A DNA stretch of 64,000 nucleotides from Candidatus Hydrogenedentota bacterium (GTDB taxonomy: Bacteria > Hydrogenedentota > Hydrogenedentia > Hydrogenedentales > SLHB01). Made by a program: the position numbers and the translations under genes. The DNA is taken from contig CAVUWV010000013.1 of assembly GCA_963745075.1 (NCBI GenBank), forward strand, positions 1 to 64,000. The letters are read 5' to 3'. The first letter of the stretch is position 1, and each line of letters opens with the position of its first letter. Below are positions 22,193 to 33,915 of this stretch, piece by piece. The notes under the pieces are model-generated. The model did no database searches and was not told the origin of the DNA. It saw nothing but the letters and a program-made list of their open reading frames with translations.

Positions 22193-22679
22193 CGACGAAC
22201 AGAAACACACCGATACCGATGAAGACACGGGATACGAGACCCGGGACGTGGCCAGTCCGCTGGTGTTCTGGTCGTTGACTGGACTGGCCATCCTGACCGT
22301 CACTTCGGCAATCTTTGTATTTGGATTCTTTGTCTATCTGCGGAGCAAGCCGAATTGGGCGGCGGCGCCGCCGTCGCCGTTTGCAAGCGAACGCGTGTTG
22401 CCGCCGACCCCGCGGTTGCAGGCCAACCCGCCGATGGAATTGAAGGAATTTAACGAGAACATGGACAAGGCCCTCAACTCGTACGGGTGGGTCGATAAGT
22501 CGGCCGGTATCGCGCACATTCCCGTGGATGTCGCTCTGGATATTCTCGCGAAGCGCGGCCTTCCGTATGGCGCCGAGAACCAGGCGCCGAAGCCGGCCGC
22601 GACGGGTGAGCAAGCGGCGGCGCAGACCCCCGCTTCCGGTTCGAGCGCAACGCCCGCAGACGGGCAGAAACAACAGTGA
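22185..22679 (+). CDS. ACIII-operon single-TM protein (ActG-like)
   Basis: One TM helix, then PRLQANP...YGWVD...HIPVD; lies between actF and SCO. Confidence 0.7.
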   Translation: MHDDEQKHTDTDEDTGYETRDVASPLVFWSLTGLAILTVTSAIFVFGFFVYLRSKPNWAAAPPSPFASERVLPPTPRLQANPPMELKEFNENMDKALNSYGWVDKSAGIAHIPVDVALDILAKRGLPYGAENQAPKPAATGEQAAAQTPASGSSATPADGQKQQ

Positions 22680-23536
22680 TGATGGAGACGCGTACGAAGA
22701 ATAGATTGGGGAAATGGTGGATCGGCGCCGTTCTGGCGGCGGGTATCACGGTGCTTCAGGCGGCATCGGCGCAGGTTCTCAATGCGCCGCCACCTCCCGA
22801 TGTCGGAATCGACCAGAAGCTGGACAGTCAGATTCCCCTCGATCTTACATTCAACGATGAAAATGGAAAACCGGTGACCCTGCGGGAGTTGATGCGGGGA
22901 AAACCGACAGTTCTTGCTCTCGTGTACTACGAATGCCCGATGCTTTGCGGCGAAGTTATGCAAGGCATGCTTCAGGCTTTCAACGAACTGGACTTCACCA
23001 TCGGCGACCAGTACGAGGTCATCACGGTCAGTTTCAATCCGAAAGAGACTCCCGAATTGGCTCGCATGAAGAAGAAGACCATGCTGGACAATTACAAGGA
23101 TCCGAGCGCGGGAGACGGCTGGCATTTTCTTACGGGCAACCAGGAGAACATCGTGCCGTTGGCGGAAGCCGTTGGATTCCGTTACCAGTATATGCCGAGC
23201 GTCGACCAGTACGCGCACGGCAGCGGGATCATGGTGATTACACCGGAGGGTAAAGTCTCACGGTACTTTTACGGTATCGAGTATCCGGAGCGGGATCTGC
23301 GGTTCGGTCTGATCGAAGCGGCGAAGGAGCGTATCGGATCGCTGGCGGACGAACTGCTGCTACTTTGCTACTGCTATGACCCCACGACCGGAGCCTATGG
23401 CCTGGTCATCATGCGGACGTTACGCGTGGCCGGCGCCATCACGGTACTTGCAATCGCGATCCTGGTAGGCGGTTTGATGATGCACGATCGTCGCAAGCGT
23501 AAACGCCATTCGCATGAGGAACCCATTGAGGCATAG
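22676..23536 (+). CDS. SCO1/SenC-family copper chaperone
   Basis: Signal peptide, YYECPMLC (CxxxC), AHGS His, C-terminal TM. Confidence 0.9.
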   Translation: MMMETRTKNRLGKWWIGAVLAAGITVLQAASAQVLNAPPPPDVGIDQKLDSQIPLDLTFNDENGKPVTLRELMRGKPTVLALVYYECPMLCGEVMQGMLQAFNELDFTIGDQYEVITVSFNPKETPELARMKKKTMLDNYKDPSAGDGWHFLTGNQENIVPLAEAVGFRYQYMPSVDQYAHGSGIMVITPEGKVSRYFYGIEYPERDLRFGLIEAAKERIGSLADELLLLCYCYDPTTGAYGLVIMRTLRVAGAITVLAIAILVGGLMMHDRRKRKRHSHEEPIEA

Positions 23537-23647
23537 CGAAGGAAGGCTGAGGTATCGATATTCTCCTTTCCGATGAAAGGGTCGCGTACCGCAATAGATT
23601 TGAACGTCATCATCAATGGAACGAACAGCAGAGTGTTGTAAAGCTTT

Positions 23648-24592
23648 ATGGCAAACGTACAAATAGCCCCGGAACAAGCATCGACCATCGCTCCGAAGGT
23701 TGACATGCTCCTGTATGTCTTGACCGGACTGAGCGTCTTCTTCTTCGTAGCCGTATGCGCGGTCCTCCTGTTTCTGGCGATACGCTATCGGAAAGGAACG
23801 AAGGTTAATCGCACCATCAAGGGCCACGGACTGGCGCTCGAGCTGACCTGGACCATCATCCCGACCATTATGGCCATCGCGATGTTTTTTTGGGCGACTT
23901 TCGTCTTCTTCCAGTATTCCCGCATTCCGGACGATGCCATGGAGGTGCTCGTGACGGGCAAGCAATGGATGTGGAAGATTCAGCATCCGAATGGTAAACG
24001 GGAGATCAATCAGCTTCACGTCCCCGTGGGGGTGCCCGTCAAACTTACGATGACCTCGGAAGATGTGATTCACAGTTTCTTCGTGCCGGCGTTTCGGGTG
24101 AAGCGCGACGTATTGCCCGGCCGGTACAGCAACTTGTGGTTTGAACCGACCAAGACGGGCACCTTTCACCTGTTTTGCGCGGAGTACTGCGGCACGGACC
24201 ATTCCCGCATGGTGGGTCAAGTTATCGTGATGGAACCGGACGACTACCAGCGTTGGCTTTCCGGAGAGTTCAGCGGGGTGCCGGCGGCGTCGGCCGGGGA
24301 GCAGTTGTTCATGAAGCTAGGGTGCGTGACCTGCCACGAGGGGTCCAGTCCCCGTGGGCCGTCGCTCAAAGATGTGTTCGGCAAGCAAGTGGCGCTTCAG
24401 TCCGGCGACACGGTGGTCGCGGACGATGACTACCTGCGGGAATCCATCATGAACCCACAAGCAAAGCTGGTTGCCGGATATCCGCCGTTGATGCCGACGT
24501 TTCAGAATCAGATTAAGGAGCAGGATGTCTTCACCTTGATCAACTACATCAAGTCGATGAAGAGCGACACGAAGAGTGGTAACCAATCATGA
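23648..24592 (+). CDS. coxB: Cytochrome c oxidase subunit II with fused cytochrome c (caa3 type)
   Basis: DVIHSF, CuA motif [13 protein letters not shown]-terminal CVTCH. Confidence 0.95.
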   Translation: MANVQIAPEQASTIAPKVDMLLYVLTGLSVFFFVAVCAVLLFLAIRYRKGTKVNRTIKGHGLALELTWTIIPTIMAIAMFFWATFVFFQYSRIPDDAMEVLVTGKQWMWKIQHPNGKREINQLHVPVGVPVKLTMTSEDVIHSFFVPAFRVKRDVLPGRYSNLWFEPTKTGTFHLFCAEYCGTDHSRMVGQVIVMEPDDYQRWLSGEFSGVPAASAGEQLFMKLGCVTCHEGSSPRGPSLKDVFGKQVALQSGDTVVADDDYLRESIMNPQAKLVAGYPPLMPTFQNQIKEQDVFTLINYIKSMKSDTKSGNQS

Positions 24593-26229
24593 GTACGATC
24601 GCCTTAAGTCCGGAATCGGCGTTGATGCCGAAGCGTCATTACGCAAATGTGAAGCATACGGTTGCTTCATGGTTGTTCACGACCGACCACAAGCGTATCG
24701 CGATACTTTATCTCGTGTCGATTTCGGTCTTCTTTGCCGTCGGCGGAATATTCGCGTCGATGATCCGGCTGGAATTGCTTACGCCTAAGGGCGATCTGTT
24801 TGACGGGGACACGTACAACAAGTTGTTCACCCTCCACGGGATCATCATGATCTTTTTTTTCCTGATTCCGTCGATACCGGCGGTACTGGGAAACTTCCTG
24901 ATTCCGATGATGATCGGCGCGAAGGATCTGGCGTTCCCGAAAATCAATTTGCTGAGCTGGTACCTGTACATTATCGGTGGTTGCTTTGCGGTATGGGCGC
25001 TGATGAGCGGCGGCGTGGATACCGGTTGGACCTTCTACACGCCCTACAGCAGCACCTACGCCAAGACGGAGGTGTTCTACGCCGTATGCGCGGCATTCGT
25101 GGCGGGATTTTCCTCGATTCTGACGGGACTGAATTTCATTGTGACGATTCACAAGATGCGTGCACCTGGGATGACCTGGTTTCGGCTGCCGCTGTTCGTG
25201 TGGGCGCACTATGCCACGAGCATCATACAGATTCTGGGCACGCCGGTAATCGCCATCACGCTGGTGCTGATCGGCATCGAACGCCTCTGGGGCAAGGGGA
25301 TCTTCGATCCGAACCTGGGCGGCGATCCGGTCTTGTTCCAGCATATGTTCTGGTTCTATTCCCATCCCGCGGTGTACATCATGATTCTGCCCGGCATGGG
25401 CGTGATTAGTGAGGTGATCACTTGTTTTTCCCGGAAGAAGATATTCGGGTACGAGTTCATCGCCTTCTCGAGCCTGGCCATCGCCATCGTGGGGTTCCTG
25501 GTGTGGGGCCACCACATGTTCGTCAGCACGCAATCGACTTACGCGGGCATGGTGTTTTCGTTCCTGACCTTCCTCGTGGCTGTGCCTTCCGCCATTAAGG
25601 TGTTTAACTGGACGGCGACCCTGTACAAAGGGGAGATCACGTTTGAAGCTCCCATGCTGTACGCCTTCGGGTTTATCGGGTTGTTCACGATCGGCGGTTT
25701 GACGGGGCTGTTCCTGGGGTCCATGGGCGCGGACATCCATTTCCACGACACCTATTTCGTCGTGGCCCACTTTCACTACGTGATGGTCGGCGGTATGGTG
25801 ATGGGCTTCATGTGCGGATTGCACTATTGGTGGCCCAAGATGACCGGCCGTATGTACCCGCCGTTGATGGCCTGTATCGCGGCGATCATCGTGTTCATCG
25901 GATTTAACCTGACCTTCTTCCCGCAATTCATCCTGGGATATCTCGGGATGCCGCGGCGGTACCACGAGTACGCAGCGGAGTTCCAGGTGCTTAACGTCAT
26001 GTCGACAGCGGGCGCTTCGATTCTCGGTATCGGCTACCTGATGCCGGCGCTGTACTTCGTCTGGTCGCTCTTTTACGGACCCGTCGCCGGACCGAATCCA
26101 TGGCGCGCCAAGGGACTCGAATGGCAGACCCAGTCGCCGCCGACCACGTTTAATTTTGAAGACGGACAACCCATCGTCGTTGAAGAACCCTACGCGTACA
26201 CCATTGAGGGATCTGATAGTGTCTCATAG
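24589..26229 (+). CDS. coxA: Cytochrome c oxidase subunit I, A2-type heme-copper oxidase
   Basis: [23 protein letters not shown] (YS motif), [23 protein letters not shown]. Confidence 0.96.
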   Translation: MSTIALSPESALMPKRHYANVKHTVASWLFTTDHKRIAILYLVSISVFFAVGGIFASMIRLELLTPKGDLFDGDTYNKLFTLHGIIMIFFFLIPSIPAVLGNFLIPMMIGAKDLAFPKINLLSWYLYIIGGCFAVWALMSGGVDTGWTFYTPYSSTYAKTEVFYAVCAAFVAGFSSILTGLNFIVTIHKMRAPGMTWFRLPLFVWAHYATSIIQILGTPVIAITLVLIGIERLWGKGIFDPNLGGDPVLFQHMFWFYSHPAVYIMILPGMGVISEVITCFSRKKIFGYEFIAFSSLAIAIVGFLVWGHHMFVSTQSTYAGMVFSFLTFLVAVPSAIKVFNWTATLYKGEITFEAPMLYAFGFIGLFTIGGLTGLFLGSMGADIHFHDTYFVVAHFHYVMVGGMVMGFMCGLHYWWPKMTGRMYPPLMACIAAIIVFIGFNLTFFPQFILGYLGMPRRYHEYAAEFQVLNVMSTAGASILGIGYLMPALYFVWSLFYGPVAGPNPWRAKGLEWQTQSPPTTFNFEDGQPIVVEEPYAYTIEGSDSVS

Positions 26230-26890
26230 CAGCAGTGAATCCTTGTTGGCCCATCATTTCGAGGACATCGATCAGCAGAATGAATCGGCCATCCTCGGAA
26301 TGTGGTTGTTCCTCGGCCAGGAGATCATGTTCTTCGGTGGCCTGTTCGCCGTATACATCGTGTATCGGTTCAAGTACCCCGAGGCCTGGGCCGCGGGCAG
26401 CACGGAACTGGACATCTACCTGGGGACATTCAACACGGTTGTGCTCCTTGTAAGTAGTCTGACGATGGCGCTTGCGGTCTGGAGTGCGCAGACAGGGCGA
26501 CAGAAGAACCTTGTTCGATTTCTTGGTGTTACGTTGGTGCTCGGCCTTACGTTCCTGGGCGTTAAGGCTATCGAGTACCACGCGAAGTTCGTACATCACC
26601 ATGTTCCCGGAATCAACTTCCAGTTTCACAGCGAAGTCTTCCCGAACGCGGCCGAGAACCACGTCGAGTTGTTCTTCGCTTTGTACTTCATCATGACGGG
26701 CATGCACGCCTTTCACATGGTTATCGGCGCCGGTCTGTTGATTTGGCTGATTATCTTGGCGAAGAAAGGCACCTTCGGAAGCCACAACTTCATGAAGGTG
26801 GAACTGACCGGCTTTTATTGGCACTTCGTCGATATCGTCTGGGTATTTCTGTATCCGTTGATATACTTGGTAAATCGTCACCACCACTAA
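26219..26890 (+). CDS. coxC: Cytochrome c oxidase subunit III
   Basis: [38 protein letters not shown] start overlaps the end of coxA. Confidence 0.93.
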   Translation: MSHSSSESLLAHHFEDIDQQNESAILGMWLFLGQEIMFFGGLFAVYIVYRFKYPEAWAAGSTELDIYLGTFNTVVLLVSSLTMALAVWSAQTGRQKNLVRFLGVTLVLGLTFLGVKAIEYHAKFVHHHVPGINFQFHSEVFPNAAENHVELFFALYFIMTGMHAFHMVIGAGLLIWLIILAKKGTFGSHNFMKVELTGFYWHFVDIVWVFLYPLIYLVNRHHH

Positions 26891-26936
26891 GCGTCGGAAA
26901 CTGTCGCCGGCAGGCGCGAACGGAGAGCGTAAGTCC

Positions 26937-27239
26937 ATGTCCCAGTTAGTCGTATCCCCGAAGGTCTACTTCAAGGTATTCGGTGGGTTGTCCATCCTGA
27001 TGGCTCTTACGGTTGTGATGGCCTTCATCAATCTCGGTGACTTCAATCCGGCCGTCGCGGTTGCCATCGCCATCATGAAGGCGGCGCTCATCGTGCTCTT
27101 CTTTATGAACGTGAAGTACAGCAGCAAGCTCACCATGATGTTTGCGGCCTGCGCCTTCTTCTGGTTGCTCATCATGTTTTTTCTCATCATGCCGGACTAC
27201 ATCTCCCGGGCTTGGCTGACCCCCGCGCAACCCTGGTAA
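26937..27239 (+). CDS. coxD: Cytochrome c oxidase subunit IV family protein
   Basis: Three TM helices, KAALIVLFFMNVK motif, last gene of the operon. Confidence 0.85.
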   Translation: MSQLVVSPKVYFKVFGGLSILMALTVVMAFINLGDFNPAVAVAIAIMKAALIVLFFMNVKYSSKLTMMFAACAFFWLLIMFFLIMPDYISRAWLTPAQPW

Positions 27240-27261
27240 ACGTCCTCGATTTCAGATTACG

Positions 27262-27307
27262 AAAACCGGCCCTCAGGCGTGACGCCTGAGGGCCGGTTTT
27301 GCTTTTT
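27262..27307. terminator. Strong, probably bidirectional intrinsic terminator
   Basis: AAAACCGGCCCTCAGGCGT-G-ACGCCTGAGGGCCGGTTTT perfect 19-bp inverted repeat followed by a T-run. Confidence 0.85.
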
Positions 27308-27585
27308 CCCTAGGTATGATCTGGCCGAGTCCTGGTCCTGGATGCAACCGTGACTGGTAAGTGGCGGATATCGGCCGATTGACTCGATAATCGAACCGCA
27401 TATCGCACCCGGGGACAGCAGGGACAGCAACGACGACAGGGGCTTCATGCTTGGCGGGTCACTTTGCGACGCCGAAGTTTGAGCGACGCGCAGGTTTGTG
27501 TGGGGCGACCGGCAATTCGTGGCCCCTTCCCTGGTGTCTCTGCATTCTCTGGAATGCGATGTCGGCGCGGGCCGGCGTTTCCGGC

Positions 27586-28875
27586 TTAGGGCGCCGGCGT
27601 GCCGGCTTCGCTATCCGCGGAAACGATCGTCACGGGACACGCGTCCGGCAGCCCGTAGCCCCCTTCCGTAGCCACCGTATCGCCCGCGGCGATGCCGCTC
27701 AGTACCTGCGCGAGGTCCTGTGTCCGTACGCCCACCTTCACGACGGTCTCGTAGGCCTTGTTGTCCCGAATGACGGTGATAACCGATTCTCCGTCCCGGT
27801 CGGCCACGGCGACCAACGGGACCACCAACGCATCGGGAATGGCGGGCAGTTCCACGCGCACCCGACAACCGATGTTCGGGCGTAGTTTAAGGTCGGGATT
27901 GGCGATCACGGCGTACCCCATGACGTCGCCCGTGCCTGCGTCCGCGGCTCTACCAATGCGGGTCACCGAACCGGTGTACGTCTGGTTCGGGTCCGACAAG
28001 GGGCTCAACGTTACCGTGGCGCCGTCGTGCATGTCCGACAGGTGGTCCGTTGGGATGCGAAACCGGACGAACAGGGAAGTCAGGTCCATGATGGTGGCTA
28101 CCGTCGTCCCCGGCTGCACGTACATGCCCTTGCGCACGGGCAAATCGGTCACGACGCCGCCAATCGGACTCGTAATCCGGGACAGCCCGACAGCCAGTTC
28201 TTGCGCTTGAACCCCGGCTTCTGCCGATGCGACTTGGGCGCGCGCTTCGGCGAGAGCTTCCGGACGCGTACCGGCTTCGAGCAGCTTTCGCTTGGAACCC
28301 GCCGCGGCGGCGAGCGCACGGGCGCCTTCGAGATTGGACTTGGCCTGTTCGTATTGCACGTTGGATATCTCGCCCTTCTTATACAGGGGCTCCAATGCTT
28401 CCAATTTGCTTTGTGCAGACTGGGCCGTCGCCGCGGCATTGCGGGCGTCTTCCCGGGCTGCGTCGACTTCTTCCGGCCGGGGACCTCGCTCGAGCAGGGA
28501 CAAGTTCGCCCGGGACTGGTCCAGGGCGGCCTGCGCTTTGGCCAGTTCGGCGTCGGCGATGCGCGTGTCGAGTTGCACCACTTCGGCGTCGGTTTCCACG
28601 GTCTGGCCTTCCTCGACATCCAATGCGGCAATCTGCCCCGGCACTTGCGACGATAGCACCACCATCTGTTCCGGTATCGGCACCAGCGTGCCCACCGATT
28701 CAAAGGCGGGCTGAAGGGTCTCGACTCGGGCCGTTGCCACGTGTACCTTGGCGTGAGACTGGGCCGGTTCGGTTTGGTCGGTTCCCGAATCCGGGTCGCC
28801 GGACCCGCCGCACCCGAACGCCAGTGCGCAGAACGCCAGGAGTACGAGCGGCTGCATGCGAGTTTTCATGGTCAT
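27586..28875 (-). CDS. RND efflux periplasmic adaptor (membrane fusion) lipoprotein
   Basis: Lipobox LAFGC; lipoyl-like GQI...VEEGQ and ITSPIGG motifs; long alpha-hairpin; ATGA overlap with the RND gene. Confidence 0.9.
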   Translation of the reverse strand: MTMKTRMQPLVLLAFCALAFGCGGSGDPDSGTDQTEPAQSHAKVHVATARVETLQPAFESVGTLVPIPEQMVVLSSQVPGQIAALDVEEGQTVETDAEVVQLDTRIADAELAKAQAALDQSRANLSLLERGPRPEEVDAAREDARNAAATAQSAQSKLEALEPLYKKGEISNVQYEQAKSNLEGARALAAAAGSKRKLLEAGTRPEALAEARAQVASAEAGVQAQELAVGLSRITSPIGGVVTDLPVRKGMYVQPGTTVATIMDLTSLFVRFRIPTDHLSDMHDGATVTLSPLSDPNQTYTGSVTRIGRAADAGTGDVMGYAVIANPDLKLRPNIGCRVRVELPAIPDALVVPLVAVADRDGESVITVIRDNKAYETVVKVGVRTQDLAQVLSGIAAGDTVATEGGYGLPDACPVTIVSADSEAGTPAP

Positions 28876-31800
28876 GACGAACTCCCTGGATTTGCCTGCG
28901 CTGCGGCCGAAGAGCGCAGCACGTGGGGTGTGAAGACCCGCACGAGAATGTAATACACAACCGGTGTCGCTACCAGTGAGAGGAGCAGTGACATGCACAA
29001 GGCGCCAATGACGCCCACCGCCAAGGGCCGGAGCATGTCCGCGCCGGCTCCCACGCCGTAGGCGAGCGGCAACAGGCCCAGGAACGCCGTCAATGACGTC
29101 ATCAGGACCGGCCGCAGGCGTCGTCGCCCGGACTGGACGAGGGCCTCGGTAAAGGATAGCCCTTTATCTCGCAATTGGTCGACATAGTCCAGCATCAGGA
29201 TACCGTTCTTCGCCACGATGCCGAACCCGATAATCGTGCTGAGGAACGAAACAATGTTGAGCGAGATTCCGGTAACCCAGAGCGCCGCAATGACGCCAAA
29301 CAACGCCAGTACCGCGCCGACCACAATCGCGATGGGTTGCAGCAAAGCCCGGAACTCGGCGATGAGCACGGCGAAAACCAGCAGCACCGCCATGAGCAGA
29401 ACCCGCGTCAGGTTCGCAAAAGATTCTTGCTGTTGTTGGAACAATCCGCCGTATTCGATGGACACGCCCAGCGGCACCTTGACCGTTTCCGCGAGTTTTT
29501 GTTTGATCGCGGCGATGCCGCTGCGGAGATCCACACCCGCCAACCGCGCCGAAACTGCGACCAACTGGCGCTGATCGTCGCGCTCCATCTCCAATAGACC
29601 GGGTTCGTGTTCGGTCGTGGTCACGTCGCTCACGGAAACGGACTCACTACCGGCGGATCGCACGGGCAGGGCGCCGAGTTCGGCTTCGGTCTTATTCTTC
29701 GTATCCGCCAGCAAGACCCGCACGTTGCGAATGCGGTCACCTTCCAGGACGTGCGACGACACGGTTCCAACGAGCGAGGTTTCGAGGTCGCTGCCCAGTT
29801 GAGCGGCGTCCAACCCTGCGCGCAACGCCTGAGCGGCGTTGACGCGAAATACCAGGGATGGTCCGGCCACGACCAAGCCGTCGTTTACGTCGACCACCCC
29901 CGGAACCGTCTCGATATCGGCGGCAATCTCCGTTGCAAGCCGTTTTTGGATCTCGGTATCGTTGGAGAAGATCTTGATCTCGACGGGTTCCGGCGACCAC
30001 GTAGATCGCCGATGAGATCGCTCAGCACACCCGGGAATTCCGTGTTCAGGGCGGGCTCCGCGGCCTGAACTTTCTCGCGCAATTCGTCGATGACCTCTTC
30101 GGTACTGCGCGTGCGACCCGGACGCAGTTTCACGAGAAAATCGCCCGTATTCGGTTCGGCAATTGCCAGGGCCAGCCGGGCGCCCGTGCGTCGTGAATAG
30201 CTTTCCACCTCGGGGGTGCTCTGCAGGATTTGCTCGACGTGGCGCAGCATGCGATCCGTCTCCGAGAGGCTGGTTCCGGGACGGCTGAAGTAGTCGAGCA
30301 CGAAGGCGCCCTCATCCTGCGCGGGAAGGAAGTCGGAATCCAGCCGTCCGTAGAGGAATATACCCAACAGAACCACCAGGACCATACCCACCGCCATCAC
30401 CACGGTGTGACGCAGCGCGTAGCGCACAGCGAACTCGTACATCCCGATGATGCGCTGGAGAATGCGTCCCTCTTGTTCCTCGTTCTCGTGGGAAGATCGC
30501 CGGTGGGGCTTCAGGATATACGCTGCCAGGGTCGGGGTCATGGTAACGGCCAGCAGCAGGGAAACCAGCAACGAACAGACCATCGTCATGGCGAGAGCCC
30601 GGAAGAACACGCCCGGAACTCCGTCGAGAAACGCCAGGGGAATGAACACCACGACCGGGGTGATCGTACTGCCCACCAGGGCCATGCCGACTTCGCGCAT
30701 GGCCAGGTGAACGGCTTGAGCTGGTTTGTAATCGGCGTTGATCTTGGCGTGAATCGCTTCGACCACCACGATAGCGTCATCGATGATGAGTCCGATGGCG
30801 GCGGCAATACCGCCCAAGGTCATGAGATTGAAACTCATGTGTGCGGCGCCCATGGCGCCCAGGGTGATGAGCAGCGTCGCGGGAATCGCGAGCACGGCGA
30901 CCAAGGTGGTTCGCACGTTCCGCAGGAATAGGAAGAGCACCGCCACGGACAGCATGAGCCCGAAGAAGATGCTTTCCCAAACACTTCGCACCCCCTCGCG
31001 CACAAAGAGCGATTGGTCGTAGAAGAAGGCCAGGCGCATGTCCGGCGGCAACTCCTTGCGCAGGTCTTGTAGCTCCTGGTGGAGGGCATTTGCGATGCCC
31101 ACGGTGTTGCCGTCCGGCTGGCTTCGAATGTTCAGGAGTACCGCGTCAACGCCATCGGCCGTGACAATGTTGTACTGGGGCGCTTGCCCAGGTTCGACGG
31201 TCGCAATATCGCGCACATAGACCGGGGCGCCGTCGGACCAAGCCACGGGAATCGCTCCGATTTCCTTGGCCGTCTTCACGCGGCCGTCCACCAGCGTGAG
31301 ATACAATTGCCGGCTTTCCTCGTGCATGCCGGCGGAGGTGAACAGGTTGGTGTCCGCCAGGGCTTGGTTGACCTGAGTCACGTTGAGGTTGTGCGGCGGC
31401 GAGCTTCGCAGGATCGACGACCACATGATATTCCGGTTCCCGTCCGCCGACGAGGTCCACACGCGCCACGCCCTTGATGCGCAACAGACGGGGCTTGATG
31501 TTGTAGGTGGCGGTTTCCCAGAGGTCGGTCAATTCTCGCGTATCGCTGGTGAGACTGATGCCGATGATGGGGAAGGACATGAACGTCAGCCGATGGGTCT
31601 GGTACTCGGCCGTGTCCGGCAAGGTGCTGCGGATCTGAGACATGCGGCTGAGCACGTACAGTTCCGCCTGGACCATATCCGTCCGCCACGTGAAGAAGAC
31701 ATTGATTTCCGCCGAGCCGCGACCGGTGGCGGACCGGATATTCACCGTACCGGGGATGTCGTTCATGGCTTCTTCAATGGGCCGTGTGATCGTGGCCATC

Positions 31801-32018
31801 ATTTCATCGGCCGGCATGACGCCGTTGTCCACGAGAATGACCACGCGCGGGAAGTCGGTTTCAGGAAAGACGGAAGCCGGCATATGCTGGGCGGCGTTCA
31901 GGCCGGCCAGACACAGGACAAACGAGGTAAACAGGATGATTTTGCTGTGGCGGGCGGTAAACCCTTCCCACTTAGGTTTATAACTCGGGGTGTGATGGTC
32001 GATGGCCGGTTCTGACAT
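28872..32018 (-). CDS. RND efflux permease (AcrB/CusA-CzcA superfamily) split by two single-base frameshifts (~31400 and ~30003)
   Basis: ORFs 31146-32018, 29885-31462 and 28872-29897 are collinear pieces (FPETDFP, IGLIIDDAIVVVE, KNGILM, RRLRPVLMTS); adding one base near 30003 restores ...DLTWSPEPVEIKIF... Confidence 0.88.
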
Positions 32019-32022
32019 GATG

Positions 32023-33630
32023 CTACTTCGCCGTTTCCGTCGCGTTGTCTGCCGGCGCCGGGGGAGTGGTTTCGTCCGTCGCGCGGCCGCCCATGGCGCG
32101 CTCGAGTTCCGCCGTGGCCATGGCGTAATCGCCGAGGTAGGTGACTTGCGATTCGCGTTGCGCGAGCAGGGTTGTCTGCGCGGTAATCAGCGCGAGAATG
32201 CTCTCTTCACCGGCTTCGTACACCCGTTGCGCGGTATCCACGTTCTGTTCCGCCAGTGGAAGTGTTTCGTTGGTGGACAACTCGATAAGTTGCTGGGTGC
32301 TGCGCAGGGTTTCCGCCGAAATGCGCACGTCTTCCACCACGGACGCCAGCAGTTCTTCAAAATCTTTTTGCTTCTGCTGCAACTGGAACTGGGCCTTGGC
32401 GATTTGCGCTTGGTTCTGGTCCCAGATGGGCAGCGTTACTTGCAGGCTCGGGCCTAGAAGCAGATCGACGGTCTGCCGTTTTTCGAGGTCCCGGGCGCGC
32501 TTCTCGTCGAGCTGTTGGAATAGCAGGTCTTTAGTGGACTTTCCCATGCTTTGCAGCGAACTGCGCTGGGTCTTTACCTGCTGGACCACGTAATCCTGGA
32601 GGGTCTGGCTGGCCGTGGGGCGCGAGATGCTGCCAATGGGCGGATCCGGGGGGAGCGGCTTGAGACTGCGCGGCGCGCGACGTTCCGGCCGTTCGCCGTC
32701 GATTCCGAGTGTCACGCTCGGGAAAATGGACCGTTTCTGGCGCTTGACTTCATACTCGGCCTTGTCGAGTTCCGCTGCCGCGGCCTTTACGTCCAGCCGC
32801 GCGTCAAAGGCGCGCTTGACCAGGTCCGCATCTTCGCCAACGGTTTCGCCCGGCGAGGGCAGGGGATCGGTCAGTTTCAGCGACGTCAGCGGCGTGGATA
32901 ATCCCAGCAGGCGGGCCAGCGCAATTGTGCTCGTTCGTTCGTCCCGGCTTGCGGCAATATGCTGGGTCTGCACGTCCAATACGTTGGTCTTCACCAGGTT
33001 GACGTCCAGAATGGTCGCCTCGCCCGCGTCAAAACGGTGTTGTGCCAATTCCAGGGAATGCTTGACGAGCTTCAGGTTCTCGTCCCGGATCTCCGCCGTC
33101 CGCCGCGCCACGACTGCCTGGTAATAGGCGTTCTTGACTTGGGCGGTAAGCTCGGTGGCTGTTTGCACCACGTGTTGAATCGTGCGATCCAACTCCGCCT
33201 GCGCGATCTTCTTCCGTACCGGAATCTTCCAGAGGTCGACAATTTCCTGGCCGAGCCCGAAACTGATGTTGGACCGGCCCCCGCCTTCCGGAAAACGGGC
33301 GGAGAGGGATAAGGTCGGGTTGGTCAGCAGTTTGGACTGCACGAGGTCCGCCCGTGACACGCCGATTTGGAGGAAGATCGATTGGAATGCGTGGTTGTTC
33401 AACAGCGCGGCGGAAATGGCCTCGTCAACCGTCAGCCCGTCCGCCAGCAGCGAATCGAGTTTGTTCTGGATCTCCGCTTCCGCCGCCGGATCGTAGACCT
33501 CCGCAGTTCCCGTCCGTTCGCCGATGAGACCCGAGGCCTGCTCGTAATCTTTACCCGGCTTCACCGACGCACATCCCGCAAGATATACGAGCAGAATAGC
33601 AGGGATGCCCCATGTCAAGTACTGTTTCAT
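32023..33630 (-). CDS. TolC-family outer membrane efflux lipoprotein
   Basis: Lipobox LAGC; duplicated OEP repeats (NPTLS, RFDAGE, LPIWDQNQ, YEAGE). Confidence 0.9.
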   Translation of the reverse strand: MKQYLTWGIPAILLVYLAGCASVKPGKDYEQASGLIGERTGTAEVYDPAAEAEIQNKLDSLLADGLTVDEAISAALLNNHAFQSIFLQIGVSRADLVQSKLLTNPTLSLSARFPEGGGRSNISFGLGQEIVDLWKIPVRKKIAQAELDRTIQHVVQTATELTAQVKNAYYQAVVARRTAEIRDENLKLVKHSLELAQHRFDAGEATILDVNLVKTNVLDVQTQHIAASRDERTSTIALARLLGLSTPLTSLKLTDPLPSPGETVGEDADLVKRAFDARLDVKAAAAELDKAEYEVKRQKRSIFPSVTLGIDGERPERRAPRSLKPLPPDPPIGSISRPTASQTLQDYVVQQVKTQRSSLQSMGKSTKDLLFQQLDEKRARDLEKRQTVDLLLGPSLQVTLPIWDQNQAQIAKAQFQLQQKQKDFEELLASVVEDVRISAETLRSTQQLIELSTNETLPLAEQNVDTAQRVYEAGEESILALITAQTTLLAQRESQVTYLGDYAMATAELERAMGGRATDETTPPAPADNATETAK

Positions 33631-33864
33631 TGCGTTTCGCTTTTTTTAATGCGTGTTTTCGGAGAACACCAGCCCATGTGCAGGCAGTATGGTATGGGAA
33701 TCAGTGTGATCGCAACGTTGCCGAAACATTACCAAATGGTTAGGTGGGGACGAATCGATGGGCCTTACAAAAACGCGGTCACACAAATACGCGCGAGCTT
33801 GGTTATCGCCGCGGCCCACTCCGGCGCAGGCGGCGTGTTTTCCGGGAGCCGCTGACAATCAAGA

Positions 33865-33898
33865 AGGGCGCTCCACACGAACACTCGCGGAGCGCCCT
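33865..33898 (-). terminator. Intrinsic terminator after the sialate O-acetylesterase gene
   Basis: AGGGCGCTCC/GGAGCGCCCT 10-bp stem with a T-rich tail on the minus strand. Confidence 0.65.
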
Positions 33899-33915
33899 GT
33901 CCTAACAGAAACCGG

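Noticed and set aside
27257..27448. 63-aa ORF and GGGACAGCA tandem repeat between the cox and efflux operons
   Set aside because: The ORF runs through the terminator and lacks coding features; the repeat has only two short copies.
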